Of a stretch of 64,000 nucleotides of DNA, positions 1 to 8,176 are shown piece by piece. Origin of the DNA: Polyangiaceae bacterium (GTDB lineage Bacteria; Myxococcota_A; Polyangia; Polyangiales; Polyangiaceae). A model generated the notes under the pieces. The model was not told the DNA's origin. It saw only the letters and a list, made by a program, of their open reading frames with translations, and did no database searches. Position 1 is the stretch's first letter; every line of letters begins with the position of its first letter. The stretch spans positions 1 through 64,000 of the forward strand of contig JANRKO010000043.1 in the NCBI GenBank assembly GCA_033763455.1, read 5' to 3'. Made by a program: the position numbers and the translations under genes.

Positions 1-102
1 CGCCTCATCCACCGTTGCGAGGTTATCCCCATCGAAGGCCAGAGCTATCGCGCCAAAGAAGCCAAGGAACGCGCCCACACAAAACAGCGGAACCCCAACT
101 AG
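1..102 (+). CDS. istB: IS21-family helper ATPase IstB, C-terminal fragment (5' end outside the window)
   Basis: Frame 1 reads RLIHRCEVIPIEGQSYRAKEAKERAHTKQRNPN*, matching the typical IstB C-terminus (DRL.H....i.i.GeSYR). Not in the ORF track. Confidence 0.85.
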   Translation, partial: RLIHRCEVIPIEGQSYRAKEAKERAHTKQRNPN

Positions 103-141
103 ACGCGCTCACATTTGCGCCGTTTTATGTGCCCGCTAACA
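1..141 (+). mobile_element. Right end of an IS21-family insertion sequence
   Basis: The istB stop is followed by ~40 bp ending ...ATGTGCCCGCTAACA (reverse complement TGTTAGCGGGCACATAAAA), consistent with the TG...CA ends of IS21 elements. An unrelated protease sequence begins at 142. Confidence 0.75.
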
Positions 142-549
142 CATGAGCTGGGGCATGCGTTGGGCCTCGCTCACAACTGCGACGACGGTTCCGAGATCTT
201 ACCGCTAAATGCCAGCACTGGCGATCCCCTGGTGCGCTGCGAAAAAGCGCCCGCTTCTGCGCGCGAAGCCCTCATGTTTCCAAGCTATGAGTTGAAGGGG
301 ATCCTTGCGAACGCGCCGGTAAAATTGCCAACTGATGAGGCATTGGCGCTTTGTGTCCTGTATCCACTCAGGCGAGAGGAAAAAGCCGGTGTGTTAGGGT
401 GTGCTTCGAACGGACGCCAAGGCTGCGTAACGGGTCCAGGTGCCAAGCCACAACGCACACGGTGGGTTCTCGCATTGATGGTGCTGCTGGGATTCGCACG
501 AAGACGGTCGGGTTATCGAACCGGGGCGTTCCCACCAACCAACCGCTAA
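142..549 (+). pseudogene. 3' remnant of a matrixin/metzincin zinc metalloprotease with a MYXO-CTERM-like tail, interrupted by the IS
   Basis: Starts directly with HELGHALGLAH (HExxHxxGxxH), has a Met-turn-like ALMFP, and ends with GC..., a hydrophobic stretch and RRR. The N-terminal half is replaced by IS DNA. Confidence 0.75.
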
Positions 550-1490
550 CCTTCAAACGGCTGTTCCGGTTCACTCGCGCAGCGGTAAAGCACGGCCATA
601 CGTACAGCAACTCCAGATTCAACTTGGCCCAAAATCACGCTGTGCGAACCATCCGCCACCTCTTCGGAGATTTCTACGCCGCGATTCATGGGGCCGGGGT
701 GCATCACGATGGCGCCCTTTGCCGCCAGCTCTAAGCGACGCGCATTCAAGCCGAATACTCGCGAATACTCGCGCAGCGTGGAAAATGAGGCACCGGCTAG
801 GCGCTCTTGTTGAATGCGCAGCATCATCACCACATCTACGCCTTCAATCGCGGGCTCCAAGCGGTCGAACACTTTGCAGCCCAGAGCTTCAGCGCGATGG
901 GGGAGCAGCGTGCGCGGGCCCATCAAGCGCACCTCGGCGCCCAACATGGTGAGCAAGAGCGCATTGGAGCGAGCGACGCGGCTGTGCGCAATATCGCCAC
1001 AGATGGCTATTTTGAGCTTCGAGAAATCTGCACCCTTGTGCGTGCGGATTGTGAACGCATCTAGTAGGGCCTGAGTGGGGTGTTCATGCATGCCGTCTCC
1101 GGCATTCACAATTGCGGCGCGCGTGCGTTGGGCTACGTAGGCCGAAGCGCCAGAGGAAGGGTGCCGGAGCACGATCACATCCGCGTGCATCGAATCTAAC
1201 GTGCGCAACGTATCCGATAGCGTTTCTCCTTTGGTGGTGCTGGAGGAAGAAGCGGCAATATTGACTACGTCTGCGCTTAACCGCTTGCCGGCGAGTTCGA
1301 AGGAGGTACGGGTTCGCGTAGACGCTTCAAAGAAGCAATTGATGATGGTTTTGCCGCGGAGCGTGGGCACCTTGCGGATCGGGCGGCGAGTGACTTCTAG
1401 GAAGGCGGCCGCAGCTTCCAGCAAGGAAAGCGCTGAAGCTTGGTCCAGGTCGCGGATGCTGAGCAGATGGCGCAGGTTCGGGGATGTCAT
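546..1490 (-). CDS. pyrB: Aspartate carbamoyltransferase catalytic subunit
   Basis: [35 protein letters not shown] and MHPGP.NRG motifs. Confidence 0.97.
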   Translation of the reverse strand: MTSPNLRHLLSIRDLDQASALSLLEAAAAFLEVTRRPIRKVPTLRGKTIINCFFEASTRTRTSFELAGKRLSADVVNIAASSSSTTKGETLSDTLRTLDSMHADVIVLRHPSSGASAYVAQRTRAAIVNAGDGMHEHPTQALLDAFTIRTHKGADFSKLKIAICGDIAHSRVARSNALLLTMLGAEVRLMGPRTLLPHRAEALGCKVFDRLEPAIEGVDVVMMLRIQQERLAGASFSTLREYSRVFGLNARRLELAAKGAIVMHPGPMNRGVEISEEVADGSHSVILGQVESGVAVRMAVLYRCASEPEQPFEG

Positions 1491-2035
1491 GGTTGCGGTG
1501 GCAAACTGGGGGCTTGGGAGTCTTGAACAACCGCGTAGAAGCCCCGATTACTGGAGACAACGTCCACACGCTCGGAACTCTCTACTTCGAGCTTCTTCAC
1601 GACGTAATCGGCTTGGATGGGGAGCTCTCGGCCGCCGCGATCTACCAGAACGCAGAGCTCGATGCTTTTTGGGCGCCCGTAGTCCATCAAGGCATCGATG
1701 CCGGCTCGAATGGTGCGGCCAGTAAACAACACGTCGTCCACCAGGACCACGCGTTTGCCTTCGAGCGAAACGGGTATTTCACTCGGGCCGATACGTGGAT
1801 TGGGAAGCGCCGTGGCCGCGTCGTCTCGATACAAGGTGATGTCCACCGAGCCGAGGGCGATGGTATCGCCGGTAATGTCTTCGAGGATGGCTTTGAGGTT
1901 ATTGGCTAACGGAACTCCGCCGCGCCTCACGCCCACAAGCACGAGCCCGAGAGTGCCCCGGTGACGCTCCACCATTTCACGCGCCACCCGCCGCAGCCCG
2001 AGGTCAGCACTTTCGGTATCGAGCACAACGCGCAT
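1487..2035 (-). CDS. pyrR: Bifunctional pyr operon regulator/uracil phosphoribosyltransferase
   Basis: [21 protein letters not shown] and DRGGRELPI motifs; overlaps the pyrB start by 4 nt. Start placed at ATG 2035 (ORF track extends to 2053). Confidence 0.95.
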   Translation of the reverse strand: MRVVLDTESADLGLRRVAREMVERHRGTLGLVLVGVRRGGVPLANNLKAILEDITGDTIALGSVDITLYRDDAATALPNPRIGPSEIPVSLEGKRVVLVDDVLFTGRTIRAGIDALMDYGRPKSIELCVLVDRGGRELPIQADYVVKKLEVESSERVDVVSSNRGFYAVVQDSQAPSLPPQP

Positions 2036-2180
2036 CGCCCGGCGGAATAGCAACCGTGCCGTGGGGCGTCAACGCGAGCAATTTTGGCGGGTAATCCTGC
2101 TAGAACGGGAACCAATTGTTCGCTGGGAATTCTTCGTCTGGTGAACCGCTGTCGCCGTGGAGCGGTGCGGACTGAAGAAA

Positions 2181-2205
2181 GAGTACTTGTCATGACAAGT
2201 ATCTC
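2181..2205. promoter_or_regulatory. Perfect 18-bp palindrome TACTTGTCATGACAAGTA (2184-2201), candidate operator
   Basis: Lies in the divergent region between pyrR and the 2386 gene. With its flanks, the reverse complement (GAGATACTTGTCATGACAAGTACTC) resembles the repeats at 28545-28743. Confidence 0.55.
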
Positions 2206-2251
2206 GCGTTTCTCGGAATCCGCGCGCCGGCGAGTAGTTTTTTCTGCAGTG

Positions 2252-2275
2252 GGTGAACGGGAGGACACCTGCGAG
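2252..2275 (+). promoter_or_regulatory. Copy 1 of the 24-bp upstream motif (GGTGAACGGGAGGACACCTGCGAG)
   Basis: Aligns without gaps to the copies at 3247-3270 and 5747-5770. Confidence 0.45.
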
Positions 2276-2385
2276 GCGTGCACGTTGGGGCATCTGCCGC
2301 ACGGAATGCTGAGCGCGTAGGTTCACAATTGTCGGGCTTGGAGAACGCGTATCGCCACCCGCCGCACCTGAGGAGGAAACTTACT

Positions 2386-3225
2386 ATGATCCAATCAAAC
2401 GACAAAAGGGGTTCAATTCAAGGCTGGGGTTCGATCTTCGCGAGGTTCGCAGCTGGCGTCTTGGCGCTCGGCCTCGGCCAGGCTTGCGCGAACGCTGCAC
2501 TACCCACGCCGGTTGCTATGAGTGACGTCCACGCCAGGCCATCAAAGCTTTGCCCGGGGGGATCGGTCACGACGCCACGGGAACTCGCTCGCTACCAGGG
2601 CTGCACCGAGATAAGCGGCGATCTCAACCTACAGGGCCCCAGCCTTACGTCCCTTTCTCCGTTGAACAAGCTTCGCCGCGTCGACGGGAACTTGGTCGTT
2701 AGCCGAACTAGCGCTGTAAACCTCGCGCAGCTCGCGGAGCTCGAGTCCGTGCACGCGCTGGTGGTCACGCAGAACCCTGAGCTCGTTGGGCTGGGTTCGT
2801 CACACCTTGCACACGCTTCGGCCGTGCTCCTTATGGATAATCCCAAGCTTCGGTCCCTCGAATCGCTCGAACGGCTCCATACGCTCGACAGCCTCGTCTT
2901 ATCAGGCAGCGACGTCGCTTACACTACGGCCTTCAAGGCTTTGTCCGTGGTTGGAAACCTGATCTTGCGCGACAATCCGCATCTCATCTCACTGGGCGGT
3001 TTTTCGAATCTTGTGGAGGTGAGTTACGTCGAAATCGTGCACAATCCAGCATTATCTGGCGTTTGGGGCATCCTGCCTGCTGCTGACCTTCGCAATGCCG
3101 AGGTCGAGGTTCGGGACAACCGGGGTCTGTTGGAGCGCGAAGTCCTTGGCCTCCTTGAGGCTTCGAACGCAAAGAGACCGCAGGTTTCGGGCGGCTGGAG
3201 AGGGCGCCCCGGGCGTGACCTCTAG
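2386..3225 (+). CDS. Putative lipoprotein with receptor L-domain/leucine-rich repeats
   Basis: SD AGGAGG at 2371, ATG 2386, lipobox-like LGQAC; GCTEISGDL.L and repeated L..L..V.G.L.I..NP.L units. Confidence 0.7.
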   Translation: MIQSNDKRGSIQGWGSIFARFAAGVLALGLGQACANAALPTPVAMSDVHARPSKLCPGGSVTTPRELARYQGCTEISGDLNLQGPSLTSLSPLNKLRRVDGNLVVSRTSAVNLAQLAELESVHALVVTQNPELVGLGSSHLAHASAVLLMDNPKLRSLESLERLHTLDSLVLSGSDVAYTTAFKALSVVGNLILRDNPHLISLGGFSNLVEVSYVEIVHNPALSGVWGILPAADLRNAEVEVRDNRGLLEREVLGLLEASNAKRPQVSGGWRGRPGRDL

Positions 3226-3246
3226 CTTGTCCTGGGCTCCCCTGCC

Positions 3247-3270
3247 GGTGAACCTCCGGCCATCTGCAAG
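3247..3270 (+). promoter_or_regulatory. Copy 2 of the 24-bp upstream motif (GGTGAACCTCCGGCCATCTGCAAG)
   Basis: 20/24 identical to 5747-5770; lies immediately upstream of the regulator gene. Confidence 0.55.
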
Positions 3271-3303
3271 CTACCCGCAACCTCTGATAGGAATGACCAC
3301 CTC

Positions 3304-4299
3304 ATGCAAACCAAGCTGCTCATTGACGCCATCGTGGGCCAGACCACGGTCCTCATTGCCTCCCTTTCGACGGCTGCGGGAATTCGGGCTCCGCTTGCCC
3401 ACGTGGCCGACCAAGTCTTCTTGGAGCTCGCTCGCACGCTTGAAGCACAGGGGGTCGGTCGCAAGGTGGTTGCGGACATGTTCGGCCTGGCGCTGCGAGG
3501 CTATCAAAAGAAGATCCAGCGCCTGGAGGAGAGCGTGACGATGCGTGACGAGACCCTCTGGGAGGCGCTGCTGGGCCACATTCGCAAGCACCAGGGCATT
3601 CACCGGCGTGAGGTGCTCCACCGTTTCGAAAAAGACGACGAAGAGTCGGTTGGGGCCGTGCTCCGAGACCTCGTGAGCAGCGGTTTGGTGTTCATGACCG
3701 GCCAGGGCGACAATGCGGTGTACCGCGCCACCTCAGAAGACGATCTGAAGAGCTTGGTCGACGCCGATTCGGCCGAATCGCTCAAGGCCATGGCGTGGGC
3801 ACTCGTCTATCACTTTCCTGGGATCCGGCCGGCAGCGCTTGCCGATCGGCTTGGAGTCTCCGAGGTCGCCGTAGCTTCCGCGATCTCGGTACTGGAGGAG
3901 GAGGGCCGAATCGTCCGGGACGCGGTCGATCCGGAAATGCTCAGCGCCAAGTCCCTGCTTGTGCCAGTGGGCGCCAGCGCAGGCTGGGAAGCGGCAGTTT
4001 TCGACCATTTTAGAGCGATGGCCAGCGCCATTTCGGCCAAGCTTCGTGCCGGCTCGATGAAGTCGGAGCACGGGGACGTCATGGGGGGTGCAACTCTCCA
4101 TTTCGAGATTTCTCGGGGCCACCCGCTCGAAGCAGAGGTTTTGGATCTATTGAACTCGACTCGGACGCGAGTCAACGACTTGTGGGAACGGGTATGTGCT
4201 CACAACGCACAGCACCCGCTGACGGAAGACTCCCGCTTGACGGTGTGTTTTTATTTTGGGCAGAACGTCCTCGGGGACGCAAAAGGAGACGATCAATGA
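3304..4299 (+). CDS. Uncharacterised putative DNA-binding protein with HTH/winged-helix segments
   Basis: HTH-like segments GVGRKVVADMFGLALRGYQKK, VGAVLRDLVSSGLV and PGIRPAALADRLGVSE...L..LEEEGRI. Its stop overlaps the next start (ATGA 4296-4299). Confidence 0.65.
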   Translation: MQTKLLIDAIVGQTTVLIASLSTAAGIRAPLAHVADQVFLELARTLEAQGVGRKVVADMFGLALRGYQKKIQRLEESVTMRDETLWEALLGHIRKHQGIHRREVLHRFEKDDEESVGAVLRDLVSSGLVFMTGQGDNAVYRATSEDDLKSLVDADSAESLKAMAWALVYHFPGIRPAALADRLGVSEVAVASAISVLEEEGRIVRDAVDPEMLSAKSLLVPVGASAGWEAAVFDHFRAMASAISAKLRAGSMKSEHGDVMGGATLHFEISRGHPLEAEVLDLLNSTRTRVNDLWERVCAHNAQHPLTEDSRLTVCFYFGQNVLGDAKGDDQ

Positions 4300-5675
4300 T
4301 ACCGAAGTTTAGCTGGGTGGACTGCACGCGAACGCTCAGGCGTTGGCCGGCATTCGTCTTGCTCCTGCTTTCTGCCGGGTCCAATCTGCCGGCCTGCGGG
4401 GGCGCAACCAGTGAATCGATCGGTGGCAACACGAACTGGCAGATCTGTATAACGAGTGCCGAGTGTGTCGACCAGGACCAGGTTTGTCAGTGCAACTACT
4501 GCACGCCGCTCTGCAGCGGAGCCCTAGCCTGCAATCGGCCTCCGGCGGACATTTGTGTTTCACAAGGTCCATTGTCGCCGATGGGCGCCATGACGATGGG
4601 CGCGCCGGCGCTTGGTGCCGGAGGTGTGTCCAGCGTGGGCCGAGGCGGGCTACTCATTTGCAAAGACGACAGGGATTGCCCGACTGGCGGGTCCTGTGCG
4701 CGCGCTTCGGCTGGGGACGAGTTCGGGGCTTGCGCAGGCCCAGCAGGCCCAGCTCCGGTATCAGGCGGCGGGTTCGGTGGGGTAGCCTCCGAAGGGGGGG
4801 GGCCGATGGTGGCGGGGCCAAGCTGCCTGGGCCTGGCAAGCGACTGTGGAGCTCTGGGAGTAGATAGTTGCTGCGCGAGCGGGGTGATACCGGGCGGGAC
4901 GTTCGATCGAAGCAACGACACGAACTTTCCCGCCACGGTGAGCGGCTTTCGGTTAGACAACTACGAGGTAACGGTGGGGAGATTCCGAAAGTTTGTGGCG
5001 GCATACAGCCAGAGCATGATACCGCCCGGAGCGGGGAAGAATGTTAACAACCCGGCGGACCCCGGGTGGGACAGCGCCTGGAACGCGAGCCTCCCGGCGA
5101 ACAGAGCGGCGCTGACGGCTGCCGTGAAGTGTGACCCGACGTATCAGACGTGGACGGACGCGCCCGGGCCCAACGAGAACCTGCCGATAAACTGCGTGGA
5201 TTGGTACGAGGCGGAGGCGTTCTGCACGTGGGATGGGGGCAGGCTGCCAACGGAAGCGGAGTGGAACTACGCGGCGGCAGGCGGGGGCGAGCAAAGGGTG
5301 TATCCCTGGGGCACCATGGTGCCTGGAGCTAACGCGAGCCTGGCGGTCTACGGATGTAATTACAACGGGCAGGGAACCTGCATGGGCGTGACCAACATCG
5401 CGCCTGTGGGTTCGGTGATAGCGGGGAACGGCAAGTGGGGCCAGTCGGACCTGGCCGGGAATGTGTCCGAATGGAACCAGGACTGGTATCTTCTCAACGT
5501 GTACCCACCGATGACGTGCAATGACTGTACTAGTTCTGAAGTTACCTCGAACCGGGTGTTCCGGGGCGGTAACTTCTACAACCTTGCCACCACCCTTACC
5601 TCGGCCAGCCGCGACGGCAACCTGCCGACGAACCACTACTACGTCACCGGCTTGCGCTGTGCCAGATCTCTATGA
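4296..5675 (+). CDS. Cys/Gly-rich lipoprotein with a C-terminal FGE-sulfatase (SUMF1/C-type lectin fold) domain
   Basis: SD AAGGAG before ATG 4296 and lipobox-like LPAC; F.LD.YEVT, P.NCV.W, GRLPTEAEW, DLAGNV.EW, RGG.F and G.RCAR motifs. Confidence 0.9.
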   Translation: MIPKFSWVDCTRTLRRWPAFVLLLLSAGSNLPACGGATSESIGGNTNWQICITSAECVDQDQVCQCNYCTPLCSGALACNRPPADICVSQGPLSPMGAMTMGAPALGAGGVSSVGRGGLLICKDDRDCPTGGSCARASAGDEFGACAGPAGPAPVSGGGFGGVASEGGGPMVAGPSCLGLASDCGALGVDSCCASGVIPGGTFDRSNDTNFPATVSGFRLDNYEVTVGRFRKFVAAYSQSMIPPGAGKNVNNPADPGWDSAWNASLPANRAALTAAVKCDPTYQTWTDAPGPNENLPINCVDWYEAEAFCTWDGGRLPTEAEWNYAAAGGGEQRVYPWGTMVPGANASLAVYGCNYNGQGTCMGVTNIAPVGSVIAGNGKWGQSDLAGNVSEWNQDWYLLNVYPPMTCNDCTSSEVTSNRVFRGGNFYNLATTLTSASRDGNLPTNHYYVTGLRCARSL

Positions 5676-5746
5676 GCGCAGGTTAACTTCATGGGTTTGC
5701 TCACGATGGTTACCGACGGACACCGCGACCGACATCGAACCGGAGG

Positions 5747-5770
5747 GGTGAACTCCCGGACATCTCCAAG
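5747..5770 (+). promoter_or_regulatory. Copy 3 of the 24-bp upstream motif (GGTGAACTCCCGGACATCTCCAAG)
   Basis: 20/24 identical to 3247-3270; lies upstream of the 5843 gene. Confidence 0.55.
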
Positions 5771-5842
5771 AGAGCCCTCGCATCCACCATTCTCCTCACA
5801 CCCAAAACCAAGCCTTCCAATCCGAACCCCGAGTATTCATCC

Positions 5843-8044
5843 ATGAAAACCCCGAGCCTTTCTCGCCTTTCAGTGACTTTCGGCGTCGCCACGGCGGTCG
5901 CCTGCGCCGGCGGCCGCAGCCTCGATGTTGGTGGCACCATGAACGGCGTCAACGCGGTCGACCCCGGCGCGGCGGTCGGCGGAGGCACGGCGGTAGACGG
6001 AGGTGCGGCGGACTCGCATATTGATCCCGTCCAGGCGTGTGACGATTACTTCACGAAGGTCGTTCAGCCGTGCGGTCTGGGAGTTTCGCCGGCGTTGACT
6101 GCGAACGATACGGCGTACGTGCGTGACCGTTACCGGGCCTCTTGCGCCGCGAGGCTTGCCCTGCCCGGCACCAGGTTCACCCCGACCTTCTTGAGCGCGT
6201 GTGTGTCGGCAGTCGCGTCAGGAGGGTGCTCGGCTGCCGGGGGCCGCGCATGCACCTTGCCGGTCGGGACGCTTCCCGGCGGCGCCCCTTGCAGTGTGGA
6301 TCACGGACGTGAGCAGTGCGCGTCGGGGATCTGTAACTCGGTCGATGGCCAGGGCACCTGCGGCACGTGCGCGGCACCGGAGCCGCGCGGGAAACAGTGC
6401 GCGAGCGCAACGGAGCCTGGCGTCATCACGGATTCGTGCGCACAGGGCGAGGTCTGCGACGTACGGCTCAGCCCGACGTTCGAGGTCATCGGCGGTACCC
6501 TCCACTGCATTCCTCGCGGTGACAAAGTAGGCGCGCACTGTGTCCCCACGAACGTTCTTGGCGCGGTTGGGTGCACGGATGGCTTGTACTGCGAGGATGC
6601 GAGCCAGACGTGCCAGGCAGTGAGGGTGGTCGGCGCGGGCCAGGAGTGCACTGCAACGCAACCCCTTCGATCTCGGCAAGTCGAGGGCACTGTGTGCGCG
6701 GCTCCGCTCGTCTGCTCCGGCGACGGAACCCCGATCGCCCCGAATACGCTCCCCGTGCAGACGTGCAGGGATCCAGGTGTGGAAAGCGCGCCCTGCGGTG
6801 AGAATCAGCCGCAATGCGCTTCCGGGCTCGCCTGCGTGAGCGCGGTGGGTGGCAGCTGTTGCAGCGAGGATAGCTGCTTTGCGAACTGCACGTGCGGGGT
6901 GCGAACCTTCGCCCGTCCCGGTGAGGTGTGCGACGGCCAGGTTAACTGCTTGGTGGGTGCCTGCCCTGGCGATGGAGCGAGGTGTCCGACGGTGATCCCG
7001 GATGGTCAGCCGTGCTATCACCCCGACCCTCTTAACGCGGGAAGAGCGCTTAACCCGGGAGAACTGGGGCCTGGCATGAGCGAAACCTGCGACCTGTTCT
7101 CGAGCTGCATCGACGGCAAGTGCACGCACGGCTACCCGGTGTGCGGTTCGGGCGGTGCGGTGGCTGGTGAAGTTTTGGGCGTCACCGGCCCCGGTGAAGC
7201 TACGGGCGCCGGCGGAAGCGCGAGCTCTGGCGGAAGCGCGAGTTCTGGCGGAAGCGCGAGTTCTGGCGGCGCGAGCGGCACGGACGGCCTCGCGGCAGCA
7301 ACGGCCCCACTGCTGATCTCCATCGAATACTTCTCGTCCCCACAGAACGCGCCTGGCATCGGATATTCAAACGGCATCGTGCGCGGCTTTCTGCCGCCTC
7401 GATGCGAGAGGAAGGTGTTCGGGACGTGCGTGGTGGACGACTGCCGCGTCCGACGGGATGGTAACCTGTATGGGCTCACCGGCGTTTTGGCCGGTGTCGT
7501 CACCATCCACGGAGGCACGGGTGGCGACGTCGTGTTCACGCCCGACGCGTTCGGCGTCTACCCGATTCACCGCGAACTTGGGTCGGCTCACTGGCAGGCC
7601 GGCGACTCGCTCCTGATCACCGCTTACGGAGCCGACGTGCCCGCGTTCTCTGCCACCTTGACGTTCCTCACGCCGCTCGTGCTGATCTCTCCGAATCCGG
7701 GGGGCGGCTTACCTCCCGCCCCCACGGTGGTCGACCGTACGCAGGGAATGGCGGTGACGTGGGCGCCCACGGACGAGACGGTGAGCGTCAGGGTGGCGTC
7801 ACTCGGTGGGCCTGTCCAGATCGGCTCCCAAATCGAGGGCACGTGCGACTTCCCTGGGAGCGCGGGGACTGCAACGTTGCCCCCCGAGTTCTTCAAGGAC
7901 TTTCCTTCGGGGAGCGCTCAGCTGTACGCGGGCCATTCGCAGGTCAGGACCCAACAGGCGGGCTCGCACCCCGTGCGTCTCGTCACGATTAACGGACCAG
8001 GCAGTTCCGTGAACGATGGCGGCGTCCCTATCACGCTGCGGTGA
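5843..8044 (+). CDS. Large Cys-rich lipoprotein with a Gly/Ser linker and a C-terminal beta-rich domain
   Basis: Lipobox-like AVAC, many C-x-C repeat modules typical of myxobacterial surface proteins, and GGSASS repeats. Confidence 0.8.
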   Translation: MKTPSLSRLSVTFGVATAVACAGGRSLDVGGTMNGVNAVDPGAAVGGGTAVDGGAADSHIDPVQACDDYFTKVVQPCGLGVSPALTANDTAYVRDRYRASCAARLALPGTRFTPTFLSACVSAVASGGCSAAGGRACTLPVGTLPGGAPCSVDHGREQCASGICNSVDGQGTCGTCAAPEPRGKQCASATEPGVITDSCAQGEVCDVRLSPTFEVIGGTLHCIPRGDKVGAHCVPTNVLGAVGCTDGLYCEDASQTCQAVRVVGAGQECTATQPLRSRQVEGTVCAAPLVCSGDGTPIAPNTLPVQTCRDPGVESAPCGENQPQCASGLACVSAVGGSCCSEDSCFANCTCGVRTFARPGEVCDGQVNCLVGACPGDGARCPTVIPDGQPCYHPDPLNAGRALNPGELGPGMSETCDLFSSCIDGKCTHGYPVCGSGGAVAGEVLGVTGPGEATGAGGSASSGGSASSGGSASSGGASGTDGLAAATAPLLISIEYFSSPQNAPGIGYSNGIVRGFLPPRCERKVFGTCVVDDCRVRRDGNLYGLTGVLAGVVTIHGGTGGDVVFTPDAFGVYPIHRELGSAHWQAGDSLLITAYGADVPAFSATLTFLTPLVLISPNPGGGLPPAPTVVDRTQGMAVTWAPTDETVSVRVASLGGPVQIGSQIEGTCDFPGSAGTATLPPEFFKDFPSGSAQLYAGHSQVRTQQAGSHPVRLVTINGPGSSVNDGGVPITLR
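7211..7264 (+). repeat. 18-bp tandem repeat x3 (GGCGGAAGCGCGAGYTCT) encoding a GGSASS linker
   Basis: Visible directly in the sequence. Confidence 0.85.
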
Positions 8045-8176
8045 GTCGCCGCAAGGGGTGAGCTCAACTTCCGCAAGCTCATCGCCAATCTGGCGGTGAG
8101 CAGTGCAGTCCGTGCGGTTAACCGGGGAGGATGGTTTTGTTCGGTGGTCGGCGAACTTTGGAGAAAAGAGTAAGCG

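Noticed and set aside
115..141. N-terminus of the 144-aa ORF (MRRFMCPLT)
   Set aside because: Lies in the putative IS terminal repeat; the TTG start is fortuitous.
5676..5842. DGR template repeat downstream of the FGE gene
   Set aside because: C/A-rich but not alignable to 5490-5675. No reverse transcriptase gene was recognised anywhere in the window.
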